The notes: generated by a model not told the origin, from the letters alone. Positions 18,694-30,652 are shown, numbered from the stretch's first letter. The stretch is DNA of 64,000 nt from Candidatus Sungiibacteriota bacterium (GCA_016432465.1 CP066690.1:186702-250701), one strand, 5' to 3'. Made by a program: numbers and translations.

Positions 18694-21369
18694 TTATTTT
18701 GCCCCTGCCGCAATTCGCGTGCGGTTGTTAGTTTTTTTAACGTTTTTTGAGAATGTAACCCCTCCATCTCTCACATCAACCAGCACAGAGTCGCCGCCGC
18801 TAATTTTCCCGCCGATAATCTCCTGCGCCATAGGATCAAGAATAAAAGTTTGGATGGCGCGTTTAAGCGGCCGTGCGCCATACTGAGGGTCGTATCCCTT
18901 ATCGGATACGAATTTTTTAAGCTCCGGGGTGAAAGAAACCGTAATTTCACGCATTCCCATCCTGTTTTTAACCCGCTCCAGCTGTATCTCCACAATTTTC
19001 TGAATTACAGCCGGAGTGAGCGAAGAGAAAATAATAATCTCGTCCAGCCGGTTCAGAAACTCCGGCCGGAAATGGCGCTCCAGGGCCTTACGGATTTTCT
19101 CCTTCATATCTCCTTCTTCTCTCTCCCGCGTGTCTTCGTCAGCCCCCATAAATCCGATTCGTCCAAGTTCCTGCGCATACTCGCCGCCAATGTTGGAAGT
19201 CATTATAATAATCGTATTTTTGAAGTTTATGGTGCGGCCCTTGGCATCAGTCAGACGGCCATTGTCCAGAATCTGCAGCAGGATATTGAAAACATCCGGA
19301 TGTGCTTTTTCAATTTCATCAAAAAGCACAACCGCATAAGGCCGATGTTTAATAAGTTCAGTCAGTTGTCCGCCCTCTTCATACCCAACGTAACCCGGGG
19401 GAGAACCAATAAATTTAGAAACAGTGTGGCGCTCCATATATTCGGACATATCCACGCGGATTAAAGACTTCTCATCCGAAAAAAGAGATTCGGCCAAGGC
19501 CTTGGCTAGTTCAGTTTTCCCTACGCCCGTAGGACCGAGAAATATAAAGGAACCGATCGGACGATTTTCCTCGGCAATCCCCGCGCGGGAGCGCCGGACG
19601 GCATTGGCAATTTTTTGTATGGCCTCATTCTGACCAATGACGCGTCTTTTGAGCTCTTCTTCAATTTTAAGAAGCCTAGATGCTTCAGATTCCAAAATTT
19701 TAGTAACCGGAATCCCGGTCCAGCGAGCCACAATTGTACCGATATCATCCTCCACCACCTCCCCACGCAAGAGGTGACGCGAATTCTGCAGTTTTATCAG
19801 TTGTTTTTCTGTATCATGAAGTTTTTTCTCAAGCTGAGGGATTTTACCATAACGAAGCTCGGCCACCTTTCCAAACTCTCCTGCACGCTCCGCAATATCA
19901 GATTCCTGACGTGTAGAGTCAAGGTCTTTTTTAAAAACGCGGACATTGGCAATGGTTTCTTTTTCTTCTTTCCATGATTTTTCAAAATCCTCGGTGCTCT
20001 TTTGAAGTCCGGTAATATCCGACTCAATTTTTTTAAGGCGCTCGCGGGATTTTTTATCGTGCTCTTTTTTTAAGGCTTCCTTTTCAATCTCCAGTTTCAT
20101 TATTTTGCGGCGGGAGTCATCAAGTTCTTTAGGAAGACTATCCATTTCCAGCCTCAAAGAAGAAGCCGCCTCATCCATCAGATCAACGGCCTTATCCGGC
20201 AAAAACCTATCCGTGATGTAGCGGGATGAAAGCTGGGCCGCGGCCACCAGTGCCCCATCTGTAATTTTTACTCCGTGGTGCGCCTCGTACTTTGGTTTTA
20301 GCCCACGCAAAATCGCAACGGTATCGTCCACGCTCGGCTCATCCACATAAACCGGCTGGAAACGCCGCGCCAGGGCCGGATCCCGCTCAATATGGCGCTG
20401 ATATTCTTTAAGGGTGGTTGCGCCAATAGCATGCAGTTCACCCCGCGCCAGAGCCGGTTTTAGCATATTGGAAGCATCAATCGCGCCCTCGGCTGCTCCT
20501 GCGCCAACCAAAGTATGCAGCTCGTCAATAAAAATTATGTATTTGCCCTGACTGCGCTCAATTTCGCGCAGAATTGCTTTTAGTCTGTCCTCAAATTCTC
20601 CGCGATATTTTGTTCCGGCAATTATGGCCGCAAGATCAATGGCTATCAACTCTTTATCTTTCAGTGTCTCTGGCACGTCTCCGGAAACAATGCGCTCGGC
20701 CAAACCCTCGGCAATCGCGGTTTTCCCCACTCCGGCCTCGCCAATTAACACCGGATTATTTTTGGTGCGGCGCGACAAGACCTGCATCACGCGCCTGATT
20801 TCTTCATCCCGGCCAATTACCGGATCAAGTTTTTCCTGACGAGCAAGACGGGTCAAGTTGCGCGCGTATTTTTCCACTACATTATATTTAGTCTCCGGTT
20901 CCATATCCGTAATCCTCTGCCCGCCTCTTAACTCGGCTAAGGCGCGCAAAACAATTTCTTTATTCAAACCCTCGCGATCCAAAATTTCTTTGGCGCGGGA
21001 AGGAACTTCAAGCAGGGAGAGAAAAAGATGCTCGGTGGAAATAAATTCGTCTTTTAACTGCGCGGCCTCACGATGAGCCTGCTCAATTATTTTGGCAAGG
21101 TCCTGCGTCAAATAAACCTGTCCCAAGGGGGTGGCAATCATGGCCCCTCGCGGCATGGCATCCAGCGTCTCCAAAAGCCTGTCAATAAAAGACGGTATAT
21201 CAATTTCAAGTTTTTCCAAAATGGCATCCACCGTGCCTTCTTCCTGAAGCACAAGCGCGGCAAACAAATGCAGCACATCAATTTGCTGATGTGATCTTTC
21301 CAGGGCCAAATCATGCGCTTTTTTAAGCGCCTCTTGGGCTTTAATGGTAAATTGTTGAAAAGGCGGCAT
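18694..21369 (-). CDS. clpB: ClpB chaperone
   Basis: Two AAA modules ([16 protein letters not shown]), long middle coiled coil, no IGF/LGF ClpP loop needed for call; start MPPFQQF. Confidence 0.9.
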   Translation of the reverse strand: MPPFQQFTIKAQEALKKAHDLALERSHQQIDVLHLFAALVLQEEGTVDAILEKLEIDIPSFIDRLLETLDAMPRGAMIATPLGQVYLTQDLAKIIEQAHREAAQLKDEFISTEHLFLSLLEVPSRAKEILDREGLNKEIVLRALAELRGGQRITDMEPETKYNVVEKYARNLTRLARQEKLDPVIGRDEEIRRVMQVLSRRTKNNPVLIGEAGVGKTAIAEGLAERIVSGDVPETLKDKELIAIDLAAIIAGTKYRGEFEDRLKAILREIERSQGKYIIFIDELHTLVGAGAAEGAIDASNMLKPALARGELHAIGATTLKEYQRHIERDPALARRFQPVYVDEPSVDDTVAILRGLKPKYEAHHGVKITDGALVAAAQLSSRYITDRFLPDKAVDLMDEAASSLRLEMDSLPKELDDSRRKIMKLEIEKEALKKEHDKKSRERLKKIESDITGLQKSTEDFEKSWKEEKETIANVRVFKKDLDSTRQESDIAERAGEFGKVAELRYGKIPQLEKKLHDTEKQLIKLQNSRHLLRGEVVEDDIGTIVARWTGIPVTKILESEASRLLKIEEELKRRVIGQNEAIQKIANAVRRSRAGIAEENRPIGSFIFLGPTGVGKTELAKALAESLFSDEKSLIRVDMSEYMERHTVSKFIGSPPGYVGYEEGGQLTELIKHRPYAVVLFDEIEKAHPDVFNILLQILDNGRLTDAKGRTINFKNTIIIMTSNIGGEYAQELGRIGFMGADEDTREREEGDMKEKIRKALERHFRPEFLNRLDEIIIFSSLTPAVIQKIVEIQLERVKNRMGMREITVSFTPELKKFVSDKGYDPQYGARPLKRAIQTFILDPMAQEIIGGKISGGDSVLVDVRDGGVTFSKNVKKTNNRTRIAAGAK

Positions 21370-21373
21370 ATAC

Positions 21374-21467
21374 AAGCTTTTAGCTTCCTAGCTTATAGGA
21401 AACTAGCGTAATTTAGCATTCATTGAATTTAACCTAGAAAGCTACAAGCTAAAAGCTAAGAAGCTAG
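21374..21467. repeat. Heptamer (AAAGCTA-type) repeats in inverted arrangement
   Basis: AGCTTTT AGCTTCCT AGCTTAT ... AAAGCTA CAAGCTA AAAGCTA. Confidence 0.65.
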
Positions 21468-21523
21468 ACATAGTATATCAAATTTTTTGTCAAAATCAAT
21501 AGCGGCCGGGGGCCGCTAAAATA

Positions 21524-22399
21524 CTACTTGTAACGGGGCGCGATCATGGTAAAGGGCAGAGGCGAGCCAGGGGGAAGCCGGAAACCTGCAGCATCTTTAT
21601 GCCCTCCGCCGCCAAAACGCTGGGCAAGTTCAGCCACATCAGCGGTTCCGTCGGAACGCAGACTAAACACCATTACATCTTTATTCCAATACCAAACTAT
21701 AGCCAGGGGCGGCAGCTTCTTAACCAAAAAGGACCCTAGACTTGAAGCCCAAATTGCAGAATTGACGGCAAGACACCGATATCCGCAAAACTCAACAAGT
21801 TGAGCATGGGCCGCGGTCTGCTCCACCAACATATTCCTATAACGAAGCAGGACTTCGCCCTCCTGAACGTATTGGGCAAGACCCGCCTCGGTTTGGGTAT
21901 CCTGTAGAAAACGCATCCAGCGCTCAAAATCTCTTGGGTAAGAATCAAGAAAAATCCCCAAGGCGCGTGTTTGCGGGAAACGAAATCGCCAGAGATCATA
22001 ATCTTCAATGTGCTGAAAGAGTCTGGGAAGCGGCTTTTCCGGGTGGAAATACATCCAAGCCAATACCGCTCCGGAGTGTTCAAGGTCAAAAAGATGCTGT
22101 GTAGCAAGTTCTACCGTTTCCTGATTAGTTTTATGGTGATCAACAATTGTTAAAGAACGGACCTGACCCAAAAGCTCCTGCACAATATCTTTGGGGTAAC
22201 TATAATCAAGGGTAAAAACATCCTTACCTGCAAGTCCCGCCGGAGGCGGAGTCTGATGATAAACCGGTATATATTCTGCGCTCTCCCCAAACTTTTTCCA
22301 AGCGGCAAAAGCAGCGCCAAAACCGTCATTACATTCGGCATGATAAAGTACTGCGATTTTTTTAGGTTCTTTTTCGGCCATAAAACCCTCTACGAGCAT
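21524..22399 (-). CDS. DHH/DHHA1 phosphoesterase
   Basis: YH..C.DG, DHH, SGA, SLRS, GGGGHKDAAGF; probable start ATG at 22381. Confidence 0.9.
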   Translation of the reverse strand: MLVEGFMAEKEPKKIAVLYHAECNDGFGAAFAAWKKFGESAEYIPVYHQTPPPAGLAGKDVFTLDYSYPKDIVQELLGQVRSLTIVDHHKTNQETVELATQHLFDLEHSGAVLAWMYFHPEKPLPRLFQHIEDYDLWRFRFPQTRALGIFLDSYPRDFERWMRFLQDTQTEAGLAQYVQEGEVLLRYRNMLVEQTAAHAQLVEFCGYRCLAVNSAIWASSLGSFLVKKLPPLAIVWYWNKDVMVFSLRSDGTADVAELAQRFGGGGHKDAAGFRLPPGSPLPFTMIAPRYK

Positions 22400-22416
22400 T
22401 ATATCCTAATTTTAGC

Positions 22417-22468
22417 ATAAATCCCCCCACCTTTCCAGCGGGGTATTCTGGGAAGGTGGGGGATAAAA
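22417..22468 (+). mobile_element. CCCCCCACCTT-arm element, short form
   Basis: ATAAAT-CCCCCCACCTTTCCAGCGGGGTATTCTGGGAAGGTGGGGG-ATAAAA. Confidence 0.8.
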
Positions 22469-22480
22469 TATAAAGCAGCG

Positions 22481-23578
22481 CTAGTGAGCGCCGCTTTCTC
22501 TTACTGCTTCAATCCCGGGCAAAGTACCCTCAGCCAAAAATTCAAGCATGGCCCCTCCGCCCGTGGAAATAAAATTAAAATTCCCTTCAAGGCGGGACTT
22601 ATGGATCGCGGCAACCGTGTCACCCCCTCCGGCGATACGGTATGCTTGTACCCAACCCAGTCCTGCCATTAAGGCTAGCGTTCCCGCGTCGTAACCACCC
22701 TCGCACCAGCCCAAGGTTCCATTCCATAAAATAAAACTGCTGGTTTTAGCGACGGCAAGAAGCGCCTCTACGGTTTGCGGACCCACGTCATATATAATGT
22801 CGTTATCGGTTACTTCTTCCGGTTTGAGTACTTTTTTCTCCCGTTCCACTACCACGTCTTCGGACAATACTATTTTTTTACCCCAAAGAATCTCTTTGGG
22901 TAAGGAGATCGGCTCAACTCGGGAGCGACCCACCCTTAGGCCGCGTGCGGCCATAAAAGAATTGCCAATCGAGCCGCCGATAAACACAACGTCTGCTGTT
23001 TTGATTAAATTTTCCAGAAGCGGCGTTTTAGTATCAAACTTTTTCCCCCCTAGGATGAGAAGGAATGGATGCAGGGGGTCAAATGCCTTAGACAAATTAT
23101 TAACTTCGCGCTGAAACAAAGATCCAAATCCCGATGGCAAAAAACGCGGCACGCTCACAATAGAGGCGTGGGGACGATGTGACACCGAGAAAGCTTCGTT
23201 AATATAAAGTTCACCCCAAGAAGCAAGAAGTCTTGCAAATTCCAAGTCGTTTGCTTTTTCTCCCGGGTTAAGACGTAAATTGTCAAAGAGAACAACTCGT
23301 TCCTCCAAGTCATACGGCTCGCCAACCAAACCCGGTAAAAACCGCACCGGCTCCCCAAGCAAATCTTCAACCACTTTATGTACCGCTTCCAGATGTGGAA
23401 TTTCTTTATCTTGTTCCAGGTGTGTTGCTAAAAGCAACTGCGCTCCGCCTGCCAGAAACCCCTTAATGGTCGGGAGCGTAACCGCAATCCGAAAATCATC
23501 AACAACTCTGCCGCCTTCAAGGGGCACGTTAAAATCAACACGCATCAACACCCGTTTTCCATTAACATCGTTGGTCAT
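22481..23578 (-). CDS. pgk: Phosphoglycerate kinase
   Basis: RVDFNVP, NLR, AFSVSHR, GGGDT, ISTGGGAMLEFL, LPGIEA. Confidence 0.95.
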   Translation of the reverse strand: MTNDVNGKRVLMRVDFNVPLEGGRVVDDFRIAVTLPTIKGFLAGGAQLLLATHLEQDKEIPHLEAVHKVVEDLLGEPVRFLPGLVGEPYDLEERVVLFDNLRLNPGEKANDLEFARLLASWGELYINEAFSVSHRPHASIVSVPRFLPSGFGSLFQREVNNLSKAFDPLHPFLLILGGKKFDTKTPLLENLIKTADVVFIGGSIGNSFMAARGLRVGRSRVEPISLPKEILWGKKIVLSEDVVVEREKKVLKPEEVTDNDIIYDVGPQTVEALLAVAKTSSFILWNGTLGWCEGGYDAGTLALMAGLGWVQAYRIAGGGDTVAAIHKSRLEGNFNFISTGGGAMLEFLAEGTLPGIEAVRESGAH

Positions 23579-23668
23579 GGCTGAACCTAACTAAAGGAGT
23601 CAACCATAAGATAACATAATTACGGAAAAAGTGAAATGCAAACCCCGCCTTTGGGGCGGGGTTTTGAG

Positions 23669-24946
23669 TTATTTCCTCTCTTCCAACTTTATTTTTACCT
23701 CAAACTCTTTTCCTTCGCGAAAAACCTTAAGGGTGATCTCTGCTCCAACCTGATATTTTTGTATAAGAGAAGCCAGAGTTTGTTCTTGATCAATCCGCTC
23801 GCCATTTAACTCCAAAATAATGTCGCCGGCGCGTAATCCCGCGCGACCCGCAGGACTACCAGGTATAACCGCGTATTCGGTCTCGCTCCCCTTAAGAAGC
23901 GCGCCGTAGTCTCTACCCAGTTTTTCTTTTTCGGCCAAAGTCTTGGTGACCGCAATATAGCGCACTCCCAGAAACGGATAAATAATTTTTCCGTGCGTTC
24001 GGACATTTTCCAGCGCGCGTTTTACTTTATTGACCGGGATGGCAAAGCCGATGTTTTCCGCACCGCGGGCCACGGCCGTATTTATGCCGATAACCTCGCC
24101 CCTTAGGTTTAAAAGCGGACCGCCGGAATTTCCTGGATTTATAGCGGCATCCGTTTGGATTAACTCCTGGAGCATCTCGGGACCAGTGGGCGCGCCGGAT
24201 GCAACCACCGAGCGCTGCAAGCCAGATACAATTCCTACTGATACCGTGTTCCTAAACTCTCCCAAGGCGTTGCCGATCGCAATAACGCTTTGCCCAATTT
24301 TCACGCGTGACGAATCTCCAAATTTAAGCAAGGGGTGGTCGGTCCCATCAATTTTTAATACCGCTAGATCCTGCAGGGGATCCCGCGCCAGAACTTTGGC
24401 CGGAACCTTGCGTCCGTCATTCATCAAAGCGGTGTAGTCCGCATCTTTATCCGCAACAACATGTTTATTAGTGACTATAAATCCATCCGAAGACACGATA
24501 AAGCCGGTTCCGGAGGACACCTCTTCTCTTTTTGTCCCCTTTTGTCTGAACTGCGGAATACTAAAACCCGAACCGTCTCCAAAAAACTGACGGAAAAACG
24601 GATCATCGCCAAAAGGATCAATAAAAAATTGTTCTACCACCGGAACGTCTTTGGAGGCAACCACGCTAACCACGGCCGGGGATGATTCTTCCACCACCCG
24701 CACCACCAGCTCGTCTTGCCGCAAAATTTTTTCCTGAATCTCGGTATTGTTGCTTATTTTTTCTGTTATTTTTTCAAGAATTTTTTGCGGCCGGTTAAAA
24801 AAGAAAGGCTCCCCGCCGGGCATTTCCTGACTAAAAAGCGGCCCCACCGTACCTAAAGTGAGAATTGTACCTATAACAGCCACGATAAAACTTAAAACAA
24901 CGGTAAAAATTACAATTTGTCTGGTGGTAGGTTGATTTTCATCCAT
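23669..24946 (-). CDS. htrA: HtrA/DegP serine protease with PDZ domain
   Basis: VTNKHV, DLAVLKI, QTDAAINPGNSGGPL, PDZ. Confidence 0.95.
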   Translation of the reverse strand: MDENQPTTRQIVIFTVVLSFIVAVIGTILTLGTVGPLFSQEMPGGEPFFFNRPQKILEKITEKISNNTEIQEKILRQDELVVRVVEESSPAVVSVVASKDVPVVEQFFIDPFGDDPFFRQFFGDGSGFSIPQFRQKGTKREEVSSGTGFIVSSDGFIVTNKHVVADKDADYTALMNDGRKVPAKVLARDPLQDLAVLKIDGTDHPLLKFGDSSRVKIGQSVIAIGNALGEFRNTVSVGIVSGLQRSVVASGAPTGPEMLQELIQTDAAINPGNSGGPLLNLRGEVIGINTAVARGAENIGFAIPVNKVKRALENVRTHGKIIYPFLGVRYIAVTKTLAEKEKLGRDYGALLKGSETEYAVIPGSPAGRAGLRAGDIILELNGERIDQEQTLASLIQKYQVGAEITLKVFREGKEFEVKIKLEERK

Positions 24947-25027
24947 ATGACAAATAATAACATATCATAACACTTATGTTAAATAGTACGGTGTCGTTTC
25001 CGGCACAAAAGAAACAAAGAACCCCGC

Positions 25028-26827
25028 CTAAGCGGAGTCTCTCATGAGCACCTGAACACGTGCCCCGTCTATTTCTTCTTTTTCCAGAAGTTCGCTGGCA
25101 ATACGTTTTAGGGCCGCTTTTTTTTCAACCAAAATACTGCTGACTCTTTCTCTCTGCTCTTTAAGCAACACGTCTATTCCCTCGTCAACTTTCTGCCACA
25201 GGGCTTCCGAAGCTTCAACTGTTTGCGACTGGGCAACCGGAAGGAATTTGGGCTGCTCCTCGGAAACCAATGTTCGCAACCCCAAAGAACCCATGCCAAA
25301 TTCTGTCACCATACGCCGCGCAAGATCAGTGGCCCTCTTGAGATCATCACTCGCGCCGGTTGATATCTCACTAAAAATAAGTTCCTCGGCCAAGCGTCCG
25401 CCCAAAAGCACAGCCAGCCGCGCCTTAAGTTCTTTTTCAGAAGCTATATAACGATCTGCCTCCGGCAACTGATGCGTGCTGCCAAGGGACATACCGCGCG
25501 GGACAATGGTTACTTTATGAATCGGGTCTGCGCCCTCTTCTTTTAGAAAAGCCGCTACCACAGTATGTCCTGCTTCGTGGTGCGCCACGACTTCTTTTTC
25601 TCTTCCCGATATTACCCGGTTTTTTAAAGCTGCGCCCATTATCAGCCTATCCTTGGCCTGCTCAAAATCAGCCATGGAAACCCGGTCTCTGTCGTTTCTT
25701 ACGGCAACAATAACAGCTTCATTAACCAAGTTAGCAAGGTCTGCTCCCACCCAGAGCGGCGTGCCGCGGGCAATGGTAACTAAGTCAACATCTTGGGCAA
25801 GGGTTACTTTCTGCGTATGAATTTTAAGAATTGCTTCTCGTCCTCTTAGGTCCGGAACCGGAATCTCTATTTTCCGATCAAACCTTCCGGGACGAAGAAG
25901 CGCAGGATCCAGTATTTCCGGCCGATTGGTTGCGGCCACAACGATAACGCCGCTATTGGGTTCAAAACCGTCCATCTCTACCAAAAGCTGGTTTAAAGTC
26001 TGTTCGCGCTCTTCGTGTCCTCCCATGATTCCAAAACTGCGCGCCTTTCCCACCGCATCCAGCTCATCAATAAATACAATACAAGGGGCAAGCTTTAAAG
26101 ACTCACTAAACAGATCCCGTACCCGTGCTGCCCCAAGTCCCACAAACATCTCAACAAAGTCAGACCCGGCTATGGAGATAAAAGGAACGCTGGCTTCGCC
26201 AGCCACGGCCTTGGCAAGAAGCGTCTTGCCGGTTCCGGGACGACCCACCAACAACACTCCTTTGGGAATTTTTGCTCCCAAGCGCTGGAATTTCTGGGGA
26301 TTGCGCAAAAACTCAATAACCTCCTCCAGTTCTTCCTTAGATTCGTCCACTCCAGCCACGTCGGCAAAACTAACTCCGGGACGTTTATCAATATAAATTT
26401 TAGCCCTGCTTTTACCTAAAGATGCCAATCCTCCACCCGGCTGCCCCAGCTTGCGCATCAGAAATTGCCATAGGATAAATAATGCCGCCATCGGCAGAAT
26501 CCATGCGAATAAAAGTCCTGTCAACCAAGAAGTTTCTTCCGACTGTATCCTTATATTTTTACTTTTGATTAGAGGAAAGAAATCTTTATCCTGCGCAGGC
26601 ACCACCACTGATTCCCATTGGCCGTCTTTGGTATAGGCCCTTACGCTTGGACTGTCTGCTTTTATCCTGATTTCAACAATCCCACCTGTCTCTATTTGTT
26701 TTAGAAAGTCGGTGTAAGAAATGCTCGGAGTTGTACCCTTGAAACTCTGTATAGCCATAAACATAAAAAGTGCGACCGCAACCCAAACGAGCCATGATGC
26801 GAAGTTGAAGGGAGGTTTTTTCTCCAC
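25028..26827 (-). CDS. ftsH: ATP-dependent Zn metalloprotease FtsH
   Basis: 2 [24 protein letters not shown]. Confidence 0.95.
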   Translation of the reverse strand: MEKKPPFNFASWLVWVAVALFMFMAIQSFKGTTPSISYTDFLKQIETGGIVEIRIKADSPSVRAYTKDGQWESVVVPAQDKDFFPLIKSKNIRIQSEETSWLTGLLFAWILPMAALFILWQFLMRKLGQPGGGLASLGKSRAKIYIDKRPGVSFADVAGVDESKEELEEVIEFLRNPQKFQRLGAKIPKGVLLVGRPGTGKTLLAKAVAGEASVPFISIAGSDFVEMFVGLGAARVRDLFSESLKLAPCIVFIDELDAVGKARSFGIMGGHEEREQTLNQLLVEMDGFEPNSGVIVVAATNRPEILDPALLRPGRFDRKIEIPVPDLRGREAILKIHTQKVTLAQDVDLVTIARGTPLWVGADLANLVNEAVIVAVRNDRDRVSMADFEQAKDRLIMGAALKNRVISGREKEVVAHHEAGHTVVAAFLKEEGADPIHKVTIVPRGMSLGSTHQLPEADRYIASEKELKARLAVLLGGRLAEELIFSEISTGASDDLKRATDLARRMVTEFGMGSLGLRTLVSEEQPKFLPVAQSQTVEASEALWQKVDEGIDVLLKEQRERVSSILVEKKAALKRIASELLEKEEIDGARVQVLMRDSA

Positions 26828-26932
26828 TGCGCCTACCCGCTTGCGTCAAAGAACTTATGGTCTATGATACTCTGTTTTGTCAAAAAAACAAGCCCGCGAG
26901 ATAGATATCTCACGGGTAAATATTGTTAAAAG

Positions 26933-27991
26933 TCAGAAAATCTTAACCAGATATTTATCTGGGACATCGGGCCAAGTTTGCAAAATTTCAACAAGATAAG
27001 GGAAAGAGGCGTTTATCAAAGACCTGCTGGATTCTTCCGGTCTGATAATGCCGGGGATATCAGGCAGATTGCATACGGTAATGCGTCTGGGCTTGGACCA
27101 AAGTAAACCGGTTATCCCGCGCACAACCGTATAAATGGGTTTATGTCCAAAGGTCAGCTGACAAAACTCCTCATCGTCAATGTTTCCACCCTCGTCAATG
27201 GACACCTGAAGAATAAATGCGTCATTGGGTAGAAACTCTAGGTGCGATCTTTTCAAAAATTTTGGAGCACCAAAACCCTTGGTAACTGCCGCGAGCACCA
27301 GTATCCCGCATTTTTTCAATGCCTTTTCAAGGGCCCCACTGTCTTCTGTACTTAAAGTCTCGTAAGTCGCCCCGCTTTCCGGATCCTTGAAAAGACCGGA
27401 AACAATATCAAAAGCGTGGATCTTGCTTGTGGGAACTCCAGCCTCAAGAGCCGCGGCAATCGCATGCCTGCACACGACGCCCCGTGCTCCTCCAAAAAAT
27501 ATGTGAGTATTGCGCCAAGTCCTGCCTTGGTGTTCGTTGAGAAGATCTACTATCCTGTGCCCCGCTTCCCTGCTCATTGTTGAAAGTATGTGCGGATCGT
27601 GACGAGTAGGATAGTACTCATAGGGCAGTATTTTAACTCCCTTTGCCAGAAGTTTACCTACAGTTTCTTTGTTGGCGTGAACATGAGGAAAACAAATTAG
27701 TCCTTGGCCTTCCCGATAAAACTCTATTTCTTCAGGAAATGGCTGCTTGACTTTAAGCACTATGTCGGCCGCGCGATACAAAATATCTTTATCCCTTGCT
27801 ACCATGGCCTCCGGTCGCCAGTATTGATATTTAATACCCAAAGACCTGCCAAGACCCTCCTCCACAACAAACTTGATCCTGCGTTCAGTAACTGCTTTTT
27901 TAAGCAGGGGGATGGTGTCTGGAAAAATAGGCACGCGTCCCTCGCAGGGCATAATTTCGCGAGGAACAGCAACAATAAGGGGTTCCGGCAT
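26933..27991 (-). CDS. Divergent alanine dehydrogenase/PNT-family protein
   Basis: VPREI..EGRV, VEEGLG, ADIVLKVKQP, SIDEGGN, N.P.IPG. Confidence 0.7.
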   Translation of the reverse strand: MPEPLIVAVPREIMPCEGRVPIFPDTIPLLKKAVTERRIKFVVEEGLGRSLGIKYQYWRPEAMVARDKDILYRAADIVLKVKQPFPEEIEFYREGQGLICFPHVHANKETVGKLLAKGVKILPYEYYPTRHDPHILSTMSREAGHRIVDLLNEHQGRTWRNTHIFFGGARGVVCRHAIAAALEAGVPTSKIHAFDIVSGLFKDPESGATYETLSTEDSGALEKALKKCGILVLAAVTKGFGAPKFLKRSHLEFLPNDAFILQVSIDEGGNIDDEEFCQLTFGHKPIYTVVRGITGLLWSKPRRITVCNLPDIPGIIRPEESSRSLINASFPYLVEILQTWPDVPDKYLVKIF

Positions 27992-28057
27992 TTTCTAACC
28001 TTTTTGTTAAGGGCCTAATCCAATGTAATTTTACATCAAATTGTACTGTACGTCAAG

Positions 28058-28279
28058 CTATAATACTGCCTCTACCTTTCTTACCTCTTTAATCTTTGAT
28101 TTCAGAAGTTCTTCTACGCCGCCTTTCAGGGTAAGCTGCGATAAAGGACAGCCCTGACAAGTTCCAAGGAGACGCACATAAACCACTCCGTCTTCAAACT
28201 TTACAAATTCAATATCGCCGCGGTGCCACGCGAGCATGGGACGAATTTCATTAAGTACTGCTTCAATTTTTTGATCCAT
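28058..28279 (-). CDS. NifU-C/Nfu domain protein
   Basis: IRPML..H.GD..G.CQGCP..TLK.G. Confidence 0.9.
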   Translation of the reverse strand: MDQKIEAVLNEIRPMLAWHRGDIEFVKFEDGVVYVRLLGTCQGCPLSQLTLKGGVEELLKSKIKEVRKVEAVL

Positions 28280-28296
28280 AATAATTAATTTTCTTT

Positions 28297-28977
28297 TTAT
28301 AAAAATTGCGACACAAAAGAATCCGGGTCCTCAACGCTTAAAGAAAGTTCTGGAATTTTTTCAACGTATTCCGGCGCGCCAACGACAAAGTCCGGGCTGC
28401 CAAGTATTAAACCAAGTTTTTTAACTTCTTTATCTACACACTCCTCAAAGTACTCACCAAAACAACTAATCGGGGTGCGGGGCGGAATTTCAATTGATTT
28501 AGCTTCCAAGATTTTTTTCAATCTTTCTCTTTGCTTATCAAACCACGGGTCGTTTCTTTGGTCCTGTGTAAAAAGAAGGATTAACCGCCGACCCAGTTTT
28601 TTCTTGGCTTCTAGTATACGCGTAAGGTCACGCTCAACATCCTTGATAAATACGGCCCACTTCTCTGCTGCACCCGCGATAACCTCACCCCTTTTTACTT
28701 TGGCGCGCACTTGAAAAGCTTCAATCGGAAAGGCAGAAACATAAAAAAGTATAGAGTCTGGTTCTCGTACAATTTGATTGATTTTCTCCTCCCAAAGACT
28801 GCGTAAATTTTTGTGACGGGGGTTACTTGCACCCTGACCGTAATAGCCCACATCGAAATCGGGGTGGATAAGCTGATAGATTTTGCTTACAACTAACTTT
28901 TCCCGGGTTTCTTTTGAACCTTTTGAGCCATCCCCTGTTTCCGGCGTCAACTCCATTTTTCCTGCTTCTCTCAACAT
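28297..28977 (-). CDS. Hypothetical protein
   Basis: 226 aa ORF packed in the sod-nfu run; IHP and GEY..CV motifs. Confidence 0.65.
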   Translation of the reverse strand: MLREAGKMELTPETGDGSKGSKETREKLVVSKIYQLIHPDFDVGYYGQGASNPRHKNLRSLWEEKINQIVREPDSILFYVSAFPIEAFQVRAKVKRGEVIAGAAEKWAVFIKDVERDLTRILEAKKKLGRRLILLFTQDQRNDPWFDKQRERLKKILEAKSIEIPPRTPISCFGEYFEECVDKEVKKLGLILGSPDFVVGAPEYVEKIPELSLSVEDPDSFVSQFL

Positions 28978-28984
28978 ACGGAAA

Positions 28985-29566
28985 CTACCTAAATCTCTCC
29001 ATAGTTACCTTCCAGTCAATCGCCTTAAAAAATGCCTCGATGTAGTCAGTTTTCTTAAGACCGTAATCCAGCATATAGGCGTGCTCAAAAACGTCTAAAA
29101 TTAGAAGGGGTTTTGCCCCTACAAGGTGTCCGAAATCATGCTCATTAACCCAGACGTTAAACATGCGGTTAGCCTCCGAGTCGTAGTAAAGAATTGTCCA
29201 GCCAATACCGCGCATGGTACCAGTTCCCTTAAAATCTTTTTCCCAGTTCTCGTAACTTCCGAAGTCTTCAACGAGCCTTTTATAAAAATCGGAGCTCTGG
29301 TCAGCGGTGCCGCCGCCTTTGGTCATATTTCCAAAATATAATTCATGCAGCCGCATACCGTTAAACTCCCAGCCAAAACGTCGTTTGAGTTCCGCATATG
29401 CCGGCGTACCGGTCTTGCCGGATGCTGTTAATTCGCTTAGTTCCTCAAGCAGTTTATTGGTATTGGCAACATACCCTTGATAAAGAGTGAAGTGATTTTT
29501 CAATAATTGGTCGCTAAAGCCGGCCGTGCCGAGAAGGTGATCGTAATTTTTTGGTTCGTAAGACAT
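28985..29566 (-). CDS. Fe/Mn superoxide dismutase (ChrC-like)
   Basis: H..LY.GYV, LHELYF, DVFEHAY. Confidence 0.92.
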   Translation of the reverse strand: MSYEPKNYDHLLGTAGFSDQLLKNHFTLYQGYVANTNKLLEELSELTASGKTGTPAYAELKRRFGWEFNGMRLHELYFGNMTKGGGTADQSSDFYKRLVEDFGSYENWEKDFKGTGTMRGIGWTILYYDSEANRMFNVWVNEHDFGHLVGAKPLLILDVFEHAYMLDYGLKKTDYIEAFFKAIDWKVTMERFR

Positions 29567-29769
29567 AGCTTTGGTTTGATTATGTTGACAATTTCACGAT
29601 GAACAGATTATGCCCACGCACTAATTTCGACCTGAGTACTTCTTTATTGCTGCAACACTCGCGGGTACGCCTTCGGCTCGATTATCTATCTTGTGGGCAT
29701 GTATTCAAATTAGTGCGGGGCGTAGGTTTTGTAACCAAAATTTTGATTCTCAAAATTTTGGACAAAGCC

Positions 29770-30036
29770 CTACGGAAAAATCTGGTTTCCCTCCTCGTCA
29801 AAAATTAAAATCGCCTGCGTGGGACAAGATTTGGCCGCCAAAAGTATGGTTTCATCGTCCGCTCCTTTATCATTATAAACCACCGCTTTATTTTCGGAAT
29901 CCAATTCAAAAACTCCCGGCGCAACCGCAATACAAGATGCCGCCCCAATACAAAGATTGCGATCAACGACGATCTTGCCGATTTTGAGAAGTTTCTTTTC
30001 TGGCGCTGACTGATTTTTTACAGAGTCTTGACTCAT
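29770..30036 (-). CDS. 3Fe-4S/4Fe-4S ferredoxin
   Basis: CIGAASC...CPTQAI. Confidence 0.9.
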   Translation of the reverse strand: MSQDSVKNQSAPEKKLLKIGKIVVDRNLCIGAASCIAVAPGVFELDSENKAVVYNDKGADDETILLAAKSCPTQAILIFDEEGNQIFP

Positions 30037-30083
30037 TATTGATTTTTGTTATACTTTCTTTAGTACTGAAGCGGGGTGCAGAG

Positions 30084-30302
30084 ATGGAAAAATACCCCTT
30101 TATAATGCTTCTTTGCATACTACTTGCCTCGTTGCCGTTTTATATTGACCTACACGGCGTCCATCCCTATTTTTTGGTAGTTTGGTACTCTCTTCTTGGA
30201 TTAGCAATAACGTGGGCGAGCATAGCGTGGGCAATCAAAGCTTTCCAAAGGTATACACTGAGAAAAAATAACCAAAGTGGTTCCGCTACAGACGACCGTT
30301 GA
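30084..30302 (+). CDS. Small 2-TM membrane protein
   Basis: MEKYPFIMLL...; two hydrophobic segments. Confidence 0.5.
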   Translation: MEKYPFIMLLCILLASLPFYIDLHGVHPYFLVVWYSLLGLAITWASIAWAIKAFQRYTLRKNNQSGSATDDR

Positions 30303-30460
30303 AAACGTAGATGAACCACCAGTTAGGTGACAAATCATGGCCCTTCGGTAACTAATGCCGGAGGGTCTTTAAATTGCAAATCACCATAAATTATAAATAC
30401 TGACCGAGGTGAGACCAATCTTCTTGGGGGTACTTTTTTCAGGAGTTGATTTATCCATTA

Positions 30461-30652
30461 TTATAAATATCCCGCTGCGCCGCCTGGTTCTGCTTTCTTT
30501 TGTGTTTTCAACTGCCCTATTAATTCCTTAAGCCGTGAAGATTCGGAAGGAGAAAGTGCCTTACCCCTAGACGCCTTTTCTTGCAGTTGTTTAAGCTCCT
30601 CATCAAAAGAAACCCACCCCTCGCCCGGTTTAAAAGTTTCTCTAAGTCCCAT
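30461..30652 (-). CDS. Small hypothetical protein
   Basis: Starts 4 bp after the iscU stop. Confidence 0.55.
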   Translation of the reverse strand: MGLRETFKPGEGWVSFDEELKQLQEKASRGKALSPSESSRLKELIGQLKTQKKAEPGGAAGYL

